A DNA stretch of 64,000 nucleotides from an uncultured candidatus Porisulfidus sp. (GCA_965204575.1 OZ241993.1:800001-864000), one strand, 5' to 3'. Positions 34,215 to 43,521 are shown, counted from the stretch's first letter. Program-made: numbers and translations. Notes: generated by a model not told the origin, from the letters alone.

Positions 34215-35472
34215 ATGTATGAAAATTGGCAGAGGATTCCTCGCCAATCTTCACCATTTTTTGACGCTTCCCAGGCCGACTGTGGCGGGATGCCCCGCCG
34301 GTGTCGCCACCTCCACGTCCAGCCGCCCCATTCCCGAAGGCCAGGATGTTCAATGCGGCGTTCACGTCCGCATTGCCCGCGTGCCCGCAAGCGGTGCACT
34401 TGAAATCTGTTCCATTTCTGTTTTTCTCATCGACATGCCCGCATGAATGACACGTCTGGCTGGTGTACGCCGGAAGCACATGGCGCACTTCCATCTTGTA
34501 GTTCAGGCACAACTCCAGCGTGCCCCAGGCGCTGGCCAGGATCTTCCGGTTCAGAGCCGCTTTCGCTTTTACGTTCCTGCCGGGCTTCTCTTTGGTGCCC
34601 TTGGCCGATTTCGTCATGTTGCCGATGTTCAGCTTCTCGACATAGGCCACATCGTATTCTGACGCAATGCTCTTGCTGACGTGGTGCGCCCAGTTCAACC
34701 GGGCGAAGCGTTCCGCGCGGAACGCTTTCTGCAACTTCACCCTGGTGATCTTCCTGCGGTTGCTCCCTTTCACCTGTCGCGCCATCTTGCGCTGGTACCG
34801 CTTGCGCCTTGCCACCTTCCGCTCCAAGTCCGGGCCCGGGTGCTTCGTGCCGTCCGACAAGACCGCCCACCCGTCCGCGTTCACGTTGCGGTCGATGCCC
34901 ACTTCCCGGATGCTGTGCGGAAGACTCGCTTCCGCCTGGACTTCATAGGCCAGGTAGGCATACCACTTGCCACATTCGTATCTGATCCGGCCGGACTTGA
35001 ACTCGCCGTCCGGGTACGGATTGTTGCCCGCCATCTTCATCCAGCCGACCTTCTGAACGTACAGGCTCTCTCCTGCTACTCGTGCGGATTGATAGTCAAT
35101 CGGAAAACTCGGAATCGTGCTGTACTTGCCGTGAAACTGCGGCAGTTTCCGGTTCAGTTTCCCGCCGGTCTCCCGATCCTTGAAGAACGCCTTGTAGGCT
35201 GTCTCGATGGGCTTCAGGGAGATCCGGACCACCTTGGACGGATAGTCCTGCAGCCACTTTGTCGTCCCGTCATCTCGCCGCATCACGGTGAAGACGTGAC
35301 ACAGGGAATAGTGTCGAAAGTCCGGCTTGATTCCGAATTCGTACTCGCCCCTGAGCTTCCCGACCATGTGGTTCCACACGAAGCGGCAGGCCCCGGCGGT
35401 GCCGTGCAGTTGCTGGTTCTTTCGTGCAGAGCCCGGATGCAGGCGGTAGCGGACGGTGCGGGGGACTTTCAT
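34213..35472 (-). CDS. tnpB: RNA-guided endonuclease TnpB
   Basis: N-terminal YRL.P...G.CRFVWN; RuvC-I GIDRN, RuvC-II VEKL, zinc finger CHSC/CTAC, RuvC-III ADVNAA.NI, all apparently intact. Confidence 0.95.
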   Translation of the reverse strand: MKVPRTVRYRLHPGSARKNQQLHGTAGACRFVWNHMVGKLRGEYEFGIKPDFRHYSLCHVFTVMRRDDGTTKWLQDYPSKVVRISLKPIETAYKAFFKDRETGGKLNRKLPQFHGKYSTIPSFPIDYQSARVAGESLYVQKVGWMKMAGNNPYPDGEFKSGRIRYECGKWYAYLAYEVQAEASLPHSIREVGIDRNVNADGWAVLSDGTKHPGPDLERKVARRKRYQRKMARQVKGSNRRKITRVKLQKAFRAERFARLNWAHHVSKSIASEYDVAYVEKLNIGNMTKSAKGTKEKPGRNVKAKAALNRKILASAWGTLELCLNYKMEVRHVLPAYTSQTCHSCGHVDEKNRNGTDFKCTACGHAGNADVNAALNILAFGNGAAGRGGGDTGGASRHSRPGKRQKMVKIGEESSANFHT

Positions 35473-35517
35473 AGGAAGATTGTCTTCAAGCCTCCCTGTT
35501 TGTCAACTCTCGTACAT
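34215..35517 (-). mobile_element. Non-autonomous TnpB-only insertion element with terminal inverted repeats and AATT flanks
   Basis: AATT at 34211-34214 and 35518-35521; ends read inward ATGTATGAAAATTGGC and ATGTACGAGAGTTGAC; no transposase inside. Confidence 0.82.
35479..35506 (-). promoter_or_regulatory. Putative sigma70 promoter for tnpB inside the element end
   Basis: TTGACA-16 nt-GACAAT, 6 nt before the ATG. Confidence 0.45.
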
Positions 35518-36001
35518 AATTCTTGGTGCTTGTATCCTCCCCAGCTTTCCTCCGGGATGTAGCTGGCGTAGTCGTTCTCAATCGTAGCCAGATTAACTTC
35601 GTCGAACAGGTCGGCACCATCCGGCAGCCCCTGGGCATCCTTCTTGCGGTACTCCCGAATCGTCCCGTTGTCCTGCACCTGCCACAGGCCATGCTTGCCT
35701 TCCCCGATCATCGTCATGGTCTGTTCCACCACGTTCACGAAGCGGTAGGTGTAGTTCGTGTTCATGTGTCCAGAGAAAACCGGCAGATGGGGAATGCTGG
35801 AATGCGTCGTCTTGGGACGGCCTTCGCCGACCAGCAACTTCTGCCCGTCATCTCCCCGATCGCCTGGTCGCTCGTGTAGTAATAGGGATCGCCCTTCGTC
35901 AGGTCCTTGATGTGGCCGGCCTCGTCGGCACCCAGCGGGGCGGACGCGATCAGCAACCACGCGCCCGCGAGGCCGAGTGTGGTTGCGTTGGTTGGTTTCA
36001 T
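35518..36001 (-). pseudogene. 5' part of a secreted hypothetical protein gene, frameshifted and interrupted
   Basis: Signal peptide MKPTNATTLGLAGAWLLIASAPLGA; coding frame switches at a G-run near 35853-35857; ends at the element junction. Confidence 0.75.
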
Positions 36002-36043
36002 GGTTTTACCTCCTGCTACTTTGATTGGTTCAGGGGGAGAAAT

Positions 36044-36481
36044 TCAAAGTTCTCCCTTGGCCCTCTGTCCGCAGAAAAAGGCAAGGCCCGACGAATCCGA
36101 CGTGAACCGGATCTTCGCGCCCTTGTCGAAATAAATGATGTCGCCCGCGATCGCATGGAACGTCTCACCGCCTTCTTCGGCCAGGGTCATTTCGCCAGAG
36201 ACGATGAACTTGGCCTCGTTGTAGGTGTAGGTGTAGTCCAGCGGGTTGCTTTTTGCCAGGCTGAACAGGCCGCAGGTCAGCGGCGCGTTTTCGTCCGAAG
36301 TGATGAGGTCGGACAAAGCGGCCTCGATGCCTTCAATGCCCATGGAAGCCAGTTCCATGTCCGCGGCGCCTTTGTGAGTAGTCATCTTCGCTCCACCGTG
36401 GCCGTCGGCGATGGCTGTGCCCGAGCAGGCCAGCATGGCCGAGACGAGCAGGGCGAGAGAAGTTCTGTTTTTGGGTTGCAT
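36044..36481 (-). CDS. Secreted cupin-domain protein (EutQ/DUF861-like)
   Basis: Signal peptide; CGLF, YTYTYNE...IVSG, AGDIIYF.KG cupin pattern. Confidence 0.75.
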   Translation of the reverse strand: MQPKNRTSLALLVSAMLACSGTAIADGHGGAKMTTHKGAADMELASMGIEGIEAALSDLITSDENAPLTCGLFSLAKSNPLDYTYTYNEAKFIVSGEMTLAEEGGETFHAIAGDIIYFDKGAKIRFTSDSSGLAFFCGQRAKGEL

Positions 36482-36582
36482 GATGTTCCTCCTAGGATTT
36501 GGTTTGGATTATAGCCCTGAAAATCCGGTCGATGCGCGGCATGCCGTAAAATTTGTGCTTCCTTGTTTCGCTACGGAGACAT

Positions 36583-36891
36583 ATGATGCGCGAGCCTATC
36601 CATCCGGGTGAGACGCTCCGCGAGGATCTCGACGCGCTTGGCATGAGTGCGGCGGAGTTGGCGCGCCAGATCGAGGTGCCGGTCAACCGCATCACGGAAA
36701 TTCTCAACGGTCGTCGTGCGGTGACCGGGGATACGGCACTACGCCTGGGGCACTTCTTTGGCACCACAGGGGAGTTCTGGCTTAATCTGCAGAAACTCTA
36801 CGAGTTGCGGTGCGCGCAACAGAAGCACGGCACCGCGATCGCACGGTTGTCGGTCTTGGATGCCGACCGGACTCTGCGCGCGTCGGGATGA
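36583..36891 (+). CDS. higA: HigA-family antitoxin (XRE HTH), no toxin adjacent
   Basis: PIHPGE.LREDL, ELAR..VP.NRITEILNG.RAVT.DTALRL..FFGT..EFWLNLQ..YEL. Confidence 0.9.
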   Translation: MMREPIHPGETLREDLDALGMSAAELARQIEVPVNRITEILNGRRAVTGDTALRLGHFFGTTGEFWLNLQKLYELRCAQQKHGTAIARLSVLDADRTLRASG

Positions 36892-36939
36892 GGATGAATT
36901 GCGGCTGGTCGGCGTGGTACATCGTTGCGGGTTAGGCGT

Positions 36940-37233
36940 ATGCTGGCGAGAAACGACATCCTAGATCTACTCCGGGAGCACAAAACGGCTCTGGCCCAAC
37001 GTTTTGGGGTTATTGACCTTTCCCTCTTTGGTTCCTTCGCCCGTGACCAAGCCACGGATGCCAGCGATGTCGATATCCTTGTGCGGTTTGATGGCCCGGC
37101 CACCTCGAAACGGTATTTCGGCGTGCAGTTCTATATTGAAGATCTACTGAATCAGTCGGTTGTACTGGTTACCGACAAAGCATTGCGAGCGGAATTCCGT
37201 CCCTATGTCGAACAGGAAGCGATCCGTGTCTGA
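36940..37233 (+). CDS. Minimal nucleotidyltransferase (MNT) antitoxin, HEPN partner absent
   Basis: LFGSFARD.A...SDVDILV, C-terminal VEQEAIRV. Confidence 0.85.
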   Translation: MLARNDILDLLREHKTALAQRFGVIDLSLFGSFARDQATDASDVDILVRFDGPATSKRYFGVQFYIEDLLNQSVVLVTDKALRAEFRPYVEQEAIRV

Positions 37234-37318
37234 TTTAAAAGTTTGGGGTAGGCACCTTAGCTTGGAACAGCGCTCCGGTTAAAATCGGTTCCTCAATTTT
37301 GCTACGGGACATCCCGAC

Positions 37319-37888
37319 ATGGCGGGTTACGGCCTCAACGACATCAAACCTGGCCTGAAGATCATGCTCGACGGCGCGCCGCATGTCGTGGTGGACAGCG
37401 AGTTCTGCAAGCCGGGCAAGGGCCAGGCGTTCACCCGGATGAAGGTGCGCAACCTCCTGACCGGCCGCACCAATGACAAGACGATCAAGTCCGGAGACAC
37501 CGTGGAAGCGGCGGACGTGCGGGAGATCAGCCTCCAGTACCTGTATGCGGACGGCGATTCGGCGGTGTTCATGTCCCCGGAATCCTACGAGCAGTACTCG
37601 ATTCCCGCCTCCGTGCTGGACGATGCCGTCACCTGGATCCGTGCGCAGGACATTTGCTCCGTACTGCTGTACAACGAGCAGCCGGTCAGCCTGACCCCGC
37701 CGCAGTTCGTGGAGTTGAAGATTACCGAGACGGATCCCGGCGTTCGGGGCGACACCGCATCCGGCGGGACCAAGCCGGCCACGCTGGAGACGGGCGCGGT
37801 CGTGCGCGTGCCCCTGTTCGTGGAAACCGGTGAGGTGATTCGGGTGGATACCCGCAGCGGCGAGTACGTATCCCGCGTTCGCGACTAG
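37319..37888 (+). CDS. efp: Elongation factor P
   Basis: [30 protein letters not shown]. Confidence 0.97.
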   Translation: MAGYGLNDIKPGLKIMLDGAPHVVVDSEFCKPGKGQAFTRMKVRNLLTGRTNDKTIKSGDTVEAADVREISLQYLYADGDSAVFMSPESYEQYSIPASVLDDAVTWIRAQDICSVLLYNEQPVSLTPPQFVELKITETDPGVRGDTASGGTKPATLETGAVVRVPLFVETGEVIRVDTRSGEYVSRVRD

Positions 37889-37889
37889 G

Positions 37890-38816
37890 CTATTCGCCGT
37901 CCTCCGGTGACGCCTCGGAAGCGTCGCCGTCTTCACCCTTCGGAAGGAGCAGGGGTTGGCCATAGGCCACGGCCTGTCCGGGCTCGATAGCTGAATCCCA
38001 CACCCGGTCCTGATGGCCGCTGAGCAGCACGACGGTTGATCCCAGGTGAAAACAGCCGAGTTCATCGCCCCGGCGAAGTTCGATGTCCGGGGGCTTTCCG
38101 TTGTGCCGCCAGCGCGAGATCGCCCGCCACCGCGGCGCGACGATGCCGCACCAGCTCATCTCGATGCAGGCCACGTTGACGGCTCCGACCATGACGACGG
38201 CAAAGGGGGTGCCGTCCGGACCCTCGAACAGACTCGCCACGCGCTCGTTGCGTGCGTAAAGCCGCGGGATGCGTTCCACCGCATAGGAGGCGACGGTGAA
38301 CTGACGTCCCGGAATGTGGCACATCTCGGTGAGGCGGCCGTCGGCCGGCATGTAGACCCGGTGACAATCGTCCGGAGAGAGGTACAGGGTGGCGAACCGG
38401 CCCTGTGCGAATTCAGGGTGGGGGCCCCCGAGCAATTCGTCCACGGTGAAGGTCTGGCCTTTCGCCTGGATGGTCCGGCCCTCTTCGATTTGGCCGAATT
38501 GGCCGATTCGGCTGTCGCAGGGTGCCGCCAATGCATCCGGGTCTTCCGGCCAGGGCCGGACGTCTTTTTTCAGGGTGCGGACGAACAAGGCGTTCAGGGT
38601 CGGATACGCTTTCGGGTCCTCGATTTCCGCATCCTCCATCCGGAGCCCGAAAAAGGAGACGAACGAGCGGATCAGGAAGTTCTTGACCGCCGGGGTTTCG
38701 ATCCGGGAGAGCCAGTAAGCAAGGGTGGAGACCCAGCGGTGGGGAAAGCAGTAGAAGCCCCAGGCCTTGAGGTCGAGCAGGCGCGTGCGCCAGGGTGATT
38801 CAGGAACCGGGGTCAT
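37890..38816 (-). CDS. psd: Phosphatidylserine decarboxylase
   Basis: QAKG, YLSP.DCHR, NERV, VGA.NV, LGST self-cleavage motif. Confidence 0.93.
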   Translation of the reverse strand: MTPVPESPWRTRLLDLKAWGFYCFPHRWVSTLAYWLSRIETPAVKNFLIRSFVSFFGLRMEDAEIEDPKAYPTLNALFVRTLKKDVRPWPEDPDALAAPCDSRIGQFGQIEEGRTIQAKGQTFTVDELLGGPHPEFAQGRFATLYLSPDDCHRVYMPADGRLTEMCHIPGRQFTVASYAVERIPRLYARNERVASLFEGPDGTPFAVVMVGAVNVACIEMSWCGIVAPRWRAISRWRHNGKPPDIELRRGDELGCFHLGSTVVLLSGHQDRVWDSAIEPGQAVAYGQPLLLPKGEDGDASEASPEDGE

Positions 38817-39409
38817 TGGCCGAGGTCAATCAGTGTTCGAAGATCCGCGGCGATGGCCTTCGGGGCCAGGGGCGGAGTGAACACGCCGGCAAGCCGCGCC
38901 TCGGGATCGATCAGCCAGGCGCTGCCGCTGTGGTCGACGAGATAGCCGGTGGTGAGTGGTCGCCTGGAATAAAAGGCACCCAGTTGTTTTGCGAGGTCCG
39001 CAATCGCTTCGGCCTCACCGGTGGCCCCCACGGTGCCGGGGTGGAAATGGCCGACGTATCGGCTCAGGGCCTCTGGACTGTCACGCTCGGAGTCGACCGA
39101 AACAAAGACGATCCGGGCCTGTTCCTCGCCCAAGGCTTGCAGGGCGGTCGTCAATTGCTGCATGGAAGGCGAGCAGATGTCCGGGCAGTTGGAATAACCG
39201 AAGAACAGCAGGCTCCAGTGGCCGCGGAAATCCTCCGGTTCCAGCGTTTCGCCGTCATGGCGCGTGAGAGAGAAGGCAGGCAGTGGCCGGGCTTGTTCCC
39301 CGAACACGGTGGCCGCCTGAAATTCTGCCACCTCGCCTGTTTTCCACCAGTAGATGCCCGCAATCCCGGCGAGAACGAGGATTGACAGGAGAACAAGGAT
39401 GCGCTTCAA
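38813..39409 (-). CDS. SCO-family copper chaperone
   Basis: FFGYSNCPDIC (CxxxC), VSVD.ERD, YLVDHS. Confidence 0.92.
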   Translation of the reverse strand: MKRILVLLSILVLAGIAGIYWWKTGEVAEFQAATVFGEQARPLPAFSLTRHDGETLEPEDFRGHWSLLFFGYSNCPDICSPSMQQLTTALQALGEEQARIVFVSVDSERDSPEALSRYVGHFHPGTVGATGEAEAIADLAKQLGAFYSRRPLTTGYLVDHSGSAWLIDPEARLAGVFTPPLAPKAIAADLRTLIDLGQ

Positions 39410-39443
39410 GGAATCTTCCCGGAAAATTGGAGCGCCCAGTTTA

Positions 39444-41309
39444 TCAGTCGATATGCCAGACTAGTCCTGCGCTGAAGTTCCGGTGGGGAGCCGCGTAGCC
39501 GATCACCTCCTGGTAGGATTCGTCGAGAAGATTCCGGATCTCGAAGAGGAGGTCGAACTTCGGGGCCAGGCTATACCGTGCGGACAGGTTGGCCAGGTAA
39601 TAATTCTCGAGCGTTTTCCTTTCTGCGGGGAAACTTGAGAAATCATCGTCCAGCAGCCCCCGCACCGTCGTGAAATCCAACCGCGAGTGCCACGAATCCG
39701 AGTGATGCGCCAATGTCAGCCGGTATTGGTGCCGGGGCCGGCGGACTTCTTTCCTGTCGGTTGCGCTGTCCGGATCCGGTTCGGTCGCGTGCAGGTAGGC
39801 GTAGTGGGCGGAGACGGTCCAGTCCGGGTGGGGCTCGAATTCCAGTTCCAGTTCTCCTCCCCAGCGTTCGGAACGCCCGGATTCGTTGATGGCGGTGGGC
39901 AGCTCGGGGCCAGCGAAACCGTCCGGGTCGTAGTACCCCCGGATTTCATCGCTCAGGCGCTGGTCGAAAAGGCTGAGGCTGACCCGGCAGCAGGCTCCGC
40001 CGGGATTGTGCTCGATGCCGACCTCGGTGTTCCGGGACCGTTCCGGCTGCAGGCCGGGGTTGCCTTGGAAGGTGTCCGGGGAATAACCGTAGCGTTCGGT
40101 CAGGGTCGGGTTGGCGATCCCGATGCCGCTGGCCAGGTAGAGCCGGGTCGGCTGACCGGGGAACTGGTAGGCAAAGGAGACGCGCCAAGTGTCGGCATCT
40201 TCGAAATCATGGTTCTCGTCGCGCCGGAGCGACAGGTCGACCGTGGCCTGGGGGTCGGGCTGCCAGTTCAGCGTCATGAACACGCCGGAGGAGATGAAAT
40301 GCAAGGGCTCGATGCCTTTCCGGTGGTAGCGTTCCCGGCTCCACTCAAGCCCGACGCCGAAGGTGCAGGGTTGCCCGAGAAGGCAATCCTCGAAGTCGCG
40401 CCAGACCAGTTCGTCGATCTGGATGCGGCGTCCCTTGCTTTCGGTGGGGAAGGCATCCTGCGGCTGATTCGTCGTCTGCAGGAAGCCGAGGGTTGCTTGG
40501 TGCTTGAAGGGCCCGGCCTGCGTGTGCAAACTGGCATTCAGATAGGTCCGGCGGTTTCTGGACGTGTACGGGGCGTCCGTGGGCCCGGATCCGTCGTATT
40601 CCGAATTCGCATGTGTCCGACGGACGGAAAAGCGGAAGCCGGTCTCAGCCGAGGGGCGCCACTGTCCGCCCCATTGCAGGGTATTGTTCCGGTAGCCGTC
40701 TCGCTCCGAACCGGTCAACGAGATGTTCTCGCCCCGCGTCTGGAAATGATGCGCGCTGGCTTGCATGCTGAAGCCTTCGGACTCGGTGGCGACCTGGAGC
40801 GTGGTTTCATGACGCTGGTTCGAGCCGGACTTCTGGGTCAGGCTGGAACTGCCTCCCTTTCGGCTGATCAGGTTGACGATGCCGGAGATGGCGTCGCTCC
40901 CCCACAGGGCGCTCGGCACACCCCGTAGGATCTCGATGCGCTCGATCCCGGCGATGCTCAGGTGAGCGAAATCCACGACGCCGCTGGTCGGGTCGCTCAA
41001 CTCGATGCCGTCCAAAAGGATGCGTGTGTGATTGGATTCACCGCCGCGCATCCTCAGGGCCGTCAATGTCCCGCTGCCCCCTTGCTGGCTGACGGTCAGC
41101 CCGGGGATCTCGCGCAGGACGTCCGAGATGGTGGCGCCCGTCCCGCGCCAGTCGTCCAGGTCGATGATGGTGACGCTGCTGCCGACGGTGTGCACGGGCT
41201 GGGGGATGCGCGAAGCGGTGATGATGAGGGTCTCAATGTCCTGCGCAGCGGGCAGGGGCGAACACCAGAGCGCGATGAGCACAAGCGGCAACAGGGTCTT
41301 TTTGGGCAT
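39444..41309 (-). CDS. btuB: TonB-dependent receptor, probable cobalamin transporter
   Basis: Plug motifs (IITASR, LREIPG, RGGESN, IERIEILRG..SALWGSDA.SG.VN), NPGLQPE, NLLDESY; cobalamin riboswitch upstream. Confidence 0.85.
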   Translation of the reverse strand: MPKKTLLPLVLIALWCSPLPAAQDIETLIITASRIPQPVHTVGSSVTIIDLDDWRGTGATISDVLREIPGLTVSQQGGSGTLTALRMRGGESNHTRILLDGIELSDPTSGVVDFAHLSIAGIERIEILRGVPSALWGSDAISGIVNLISRKGGSSSLTQKSGSNQRHETTLQVATESEGFSMQASAHHFQTRGENISLTGSERDGYRNNTLQWGGQWRPSAETGFRFSVRRTHANSEYDGSGPTDAPYTSRNRRTYLNASLHTQAGPFKHQATLGFLQTTNQPQDAFPTESKGRRIQIDELVWRDFEDCLLGQPCTFGVGLEWSRERYHRKGIEPLHFISSGVFMTLNWQPDPQATVDLSLRRDENHDFEDADTWRVSFAYQFPGQPTRLYLASGIGIANPTLTERYGYSPDTFQGNPGLQPERSRNTEVGIEHNPGGACCRVSLSLFDQRLSDEIRGYYDPDGFAGPELPTAINESGRSERWGGELELEFEPHPDWTVSAHYAYLHATEPDPDSATDRKEVRRPRHQYRLTLAHHSDSWHSRLDFTTVRGLLDDDFSSFPAERKTLENYYLANLSARYSLAPKFDLLFEIRNLLDESYQEVIGYAAPHRNFSAGLVWHID

Positions 41310-41407
41310 GTCGGCTCCAATCCGGGGTTGAAGCAGACACAGGGAAACGGCACGATCGGGCGACCGCGCGTCATCCCGATCGCCCACCGCAACCGTGACA
41401 ATTCAGA

Positions 41408-41575
41408 ATGAGGCCGGTCTCCGGGCTTGCGAGGGTTACCCGGACACTTCCTTCCCAGGCCGAGGCCCAGTGGCTTGCGTGTCCCTCTCGCCTACCGTTG
41501 CGGGGGCAGCGCCGGCTTTGCGTTTGCGCACCGGCTTCCCTGTTTCATCTGTCGGACAGACACCCCATCCCGCAG
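41408..41575 (-). promoter_or_regulatory. Cobalamin riboswitch
   Basis: Minus strand AACAGGGAAGCCGGTG...GCCGGCGCTGCCCCCGCAACGGTA...GCCACTG...GGGAAGG...AAGCCCGGAGACCGGCC (B12-box). Confidence 0.92.
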
Positions 41576-41611
41576 GGTGGGGCAGTGTAACACGCGGGAA
41601 AGGGAGAAGTG

Positions 41612-42316
41612 TCAGGCCGCGCTGGCGGCGAGCGACAACTCTTGCAGGATAGACCGGACGGCAGCGGGGGGATCGTCGGCCTGCACCACCGGGCGTCCGA
41701 TCACCAGATGATTGGCGCCGGCTTCGGCGGCCTCTTTGGGCGTGACCGTCCGCTTCTGGTCGTCCGCGGTCGCGGCCGGCCGAATACCGGGCGTGACGAT
41801 CCAGAAATCCGGCCCGCACGCCTCGCGGATCTGCCGTGCCTCCCGGGCCGAGCAGACGATGCCCGAAAGATTGGCCTGCAGCGCGAGCTGGGCCAACCGG
41901 ACAACCTGTTCTTCGGCAGAACGCTGCCCGATAGCGTCCAGATCCTCGTCGTCCAGCGAGGTCAGCACCGTGATGGCCACGACACGCAGTTCGTCCTGCG
42001 CCGCTTCGCGGGCCGCTTCCAGCATGGCCGGTCCGCCCGAGGCGTGCACGGTGCACATCCACACGCCCATCTCCCGCGCGGCGCGGCAGGCGGCCGCCAC
42101 CGTGTTCGGGATGTCGTTGAACTTGAGGTCCAGAAAGATCTCGAAACCCTGCTGCTTCAGGTCGCGGATCAACTCCGGCCCGCCCTTGACGAACAGTTCG
42201 GACCCAACCTTGAGGCGGCAGTCGCCGGGTGAGAGGCGGCGTGCAAAATCCACGGCCTCCCGGCTGCTCAGGCCGTCCAGGGCGATGATCAGGCCGGGCG
42301 CCGGATCCGCAGGCAT
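41612..42316 (-). CDS. pyrF: Orotidine 5'-phosphate decarboxylase
   Basis: IIALD, FLDLKFNDIPNTV, VLTS, TPGIR, DQKR, VIGRP. Confidence 0.96.
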   Translation of the reverse strand: MPADPAPGLIIALDGLSSREAVDFARRLSPGDCRLKVGSELFVKGGPELIRDLKQQGFEIFLDLKFNDIPNTVAAACRAAREMGVWMCTVHASGGPAMLEAAREAAQDELRVVAITVLTSLDDEDLDAIGQRSAEEQVVRLAQLALQANLSGIVCSAREARQIREACGPDFWIVTPGIRPAATADDQKRTVTPKEAAEAGANHLVIGRPVVQADDPPAAVRSILQELSLAASAA

Positions 42317-42323
42317 TGAAATA

Positions 42324-43520
42324 CTAGACCAGGTAGGGGCGGTGCGGGGTCTTCTCGGCGTAGGGCTCGATCGGCCGCAGGGTGTCCCACTGCTGGCAAC
42401 TCGGGCACTGCCAGAACAGCTTGTGCACCTGGAACTGGCACTCCGAGCATTCGTGGGTCGGACGGTCGGCGAGGTAACGGTCCAGCGTGGTCAGGATCTG
42501 GCGCATGCTCTGCTGGTCGGCCGCGACCCGGTTCTCGGTGATCGCTTCCACGTATTCGCGCAGCAGGACCAGCGAAGAGGGGTTGGACTGGAAGGTGCCG
42601 TCGAAGATCTCATCCAATCCTCTGTCGCCGTTCTGTCGAAGATCCTCGACCAGGGACAGCACCGGGAACAGGGCATGCGGCTGGGTTCGTGCTTGGTGCA
42701 AAAACTGGCGGAATCCGTCCAGGTCTCCCTGGGCCTGGTAGGCCTTGTGGATGAGCCGGATGATTCGCGGCGCGAACGCCGGGCGCTTCTCGTAAGCATC
42801 CCGGTAGTGGCGAATGGCGGCATGGTAGTCGCGCCGCTGGGTCGCGATGTCGCCGAGCATGATGTGCGCCCGCGCGCAGTCGCGGTAGTGACTCAGGGCT
42901 TTGTGCGCGTGCTGGACCGCTTGCTCCTCGCCATTGCCGTTGGCGCTCGTCGCCAGTGCGTTCTCTCCCAGCTCGCAGTAGTACTGGGCAATGATTTCCT
43001 GCTGCGACCCGCCGCCTTCGCGCTCGATGTTGCGAGTGACGTGAATCGCTTTCTTCCATTCTTTTTCCTGCTCGTAGATCTCGCGCAGGTGCTGCAGCGC
43101 TTCCAACTGGTGGCTGCCGGTGTCGAGCACGCCGCCGAGCAGGTGCTCGGCCCGGTCGAACAGGCCCGACTTCAGGTAGTCCCGAGCCAGTTCCAGCAGC
43201 GCGTCGGCCTTGGTCTGGTCGTCCAGGTCCGGGCGCGCGATCAAATTCTGGTGCAGGCGGATGGCGCGCTCCACCTCGCCTCGCCGGCGCAGCAGGTTGC
43301 CGAGCACGATGTAGGTCTCGACGGTGTCGGCATCCAGGTCGACGACGTCGACGAACAGGTCGATGGCCTTGTCCGGCTGTTCGTTGAGCAGGTAGTTGAT
43401 GCCCTTGAGGTAGTGGCCCGGGATCGGCTTGGCCTGGTGGCGCTGCATGTCGCGCCGTGCCGCCCACCAGCCGGTGAGTGCCGCGACCGGCAGCAGGAGC
43501 CAGAGCAGGGCGCTCATCAT
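42324..43520 (-). CDS. lapB: LPS assembly protein B
   Basis: Y.KG.NYLL.EQPDKAID.F, TPRs, GEVERAIRLHQNL, C-terminal CxxC/WQCPSC..W. Confidence 0.94.
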   Translation of the reverse strand: MMSALLWLLLPVAALTGWWAARRDMQRHQAKPIPGHYLKGINYLLNEQPDKAIDLFVDVVDLDADTVETYIVLGNLLRRRGEVERAIRLHQNLIARPDLDDQTKADALLELARDYLKSGLFDRAEHLLGGVLDTGSHQLEALQHLREIYEQEKEWKKAIHVTRNIEREGGGSQQEIIAQYYCELGENALATSANGNGEEQAVQHAHKALSHYRDCARAHIMLGDIATQRRDYHAAIRHYRDAYEKRPAFAPRIIRLIHKAYQAQGDLDGFRQFLHQARTQPHALFPVLSLVEDLRQNGDRGLDEIFDGTFQSNPSSLVLLREYVEAITENRVAADQQSMRQILTTLDRYLADRPTHECSECQFQVHKLFWQCPSCQQWDTLRPIEPYAEKTPHRPYLV

Positions 43521-43521
43521 G

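Noticed and set aside
34215-35517. IStron (group I intron plus TnpB) that would splice out of the host gene
   Set aside because: Only about 45 nt lie between the left end and the tnpB ATG, leaving no room for a group I intron core.
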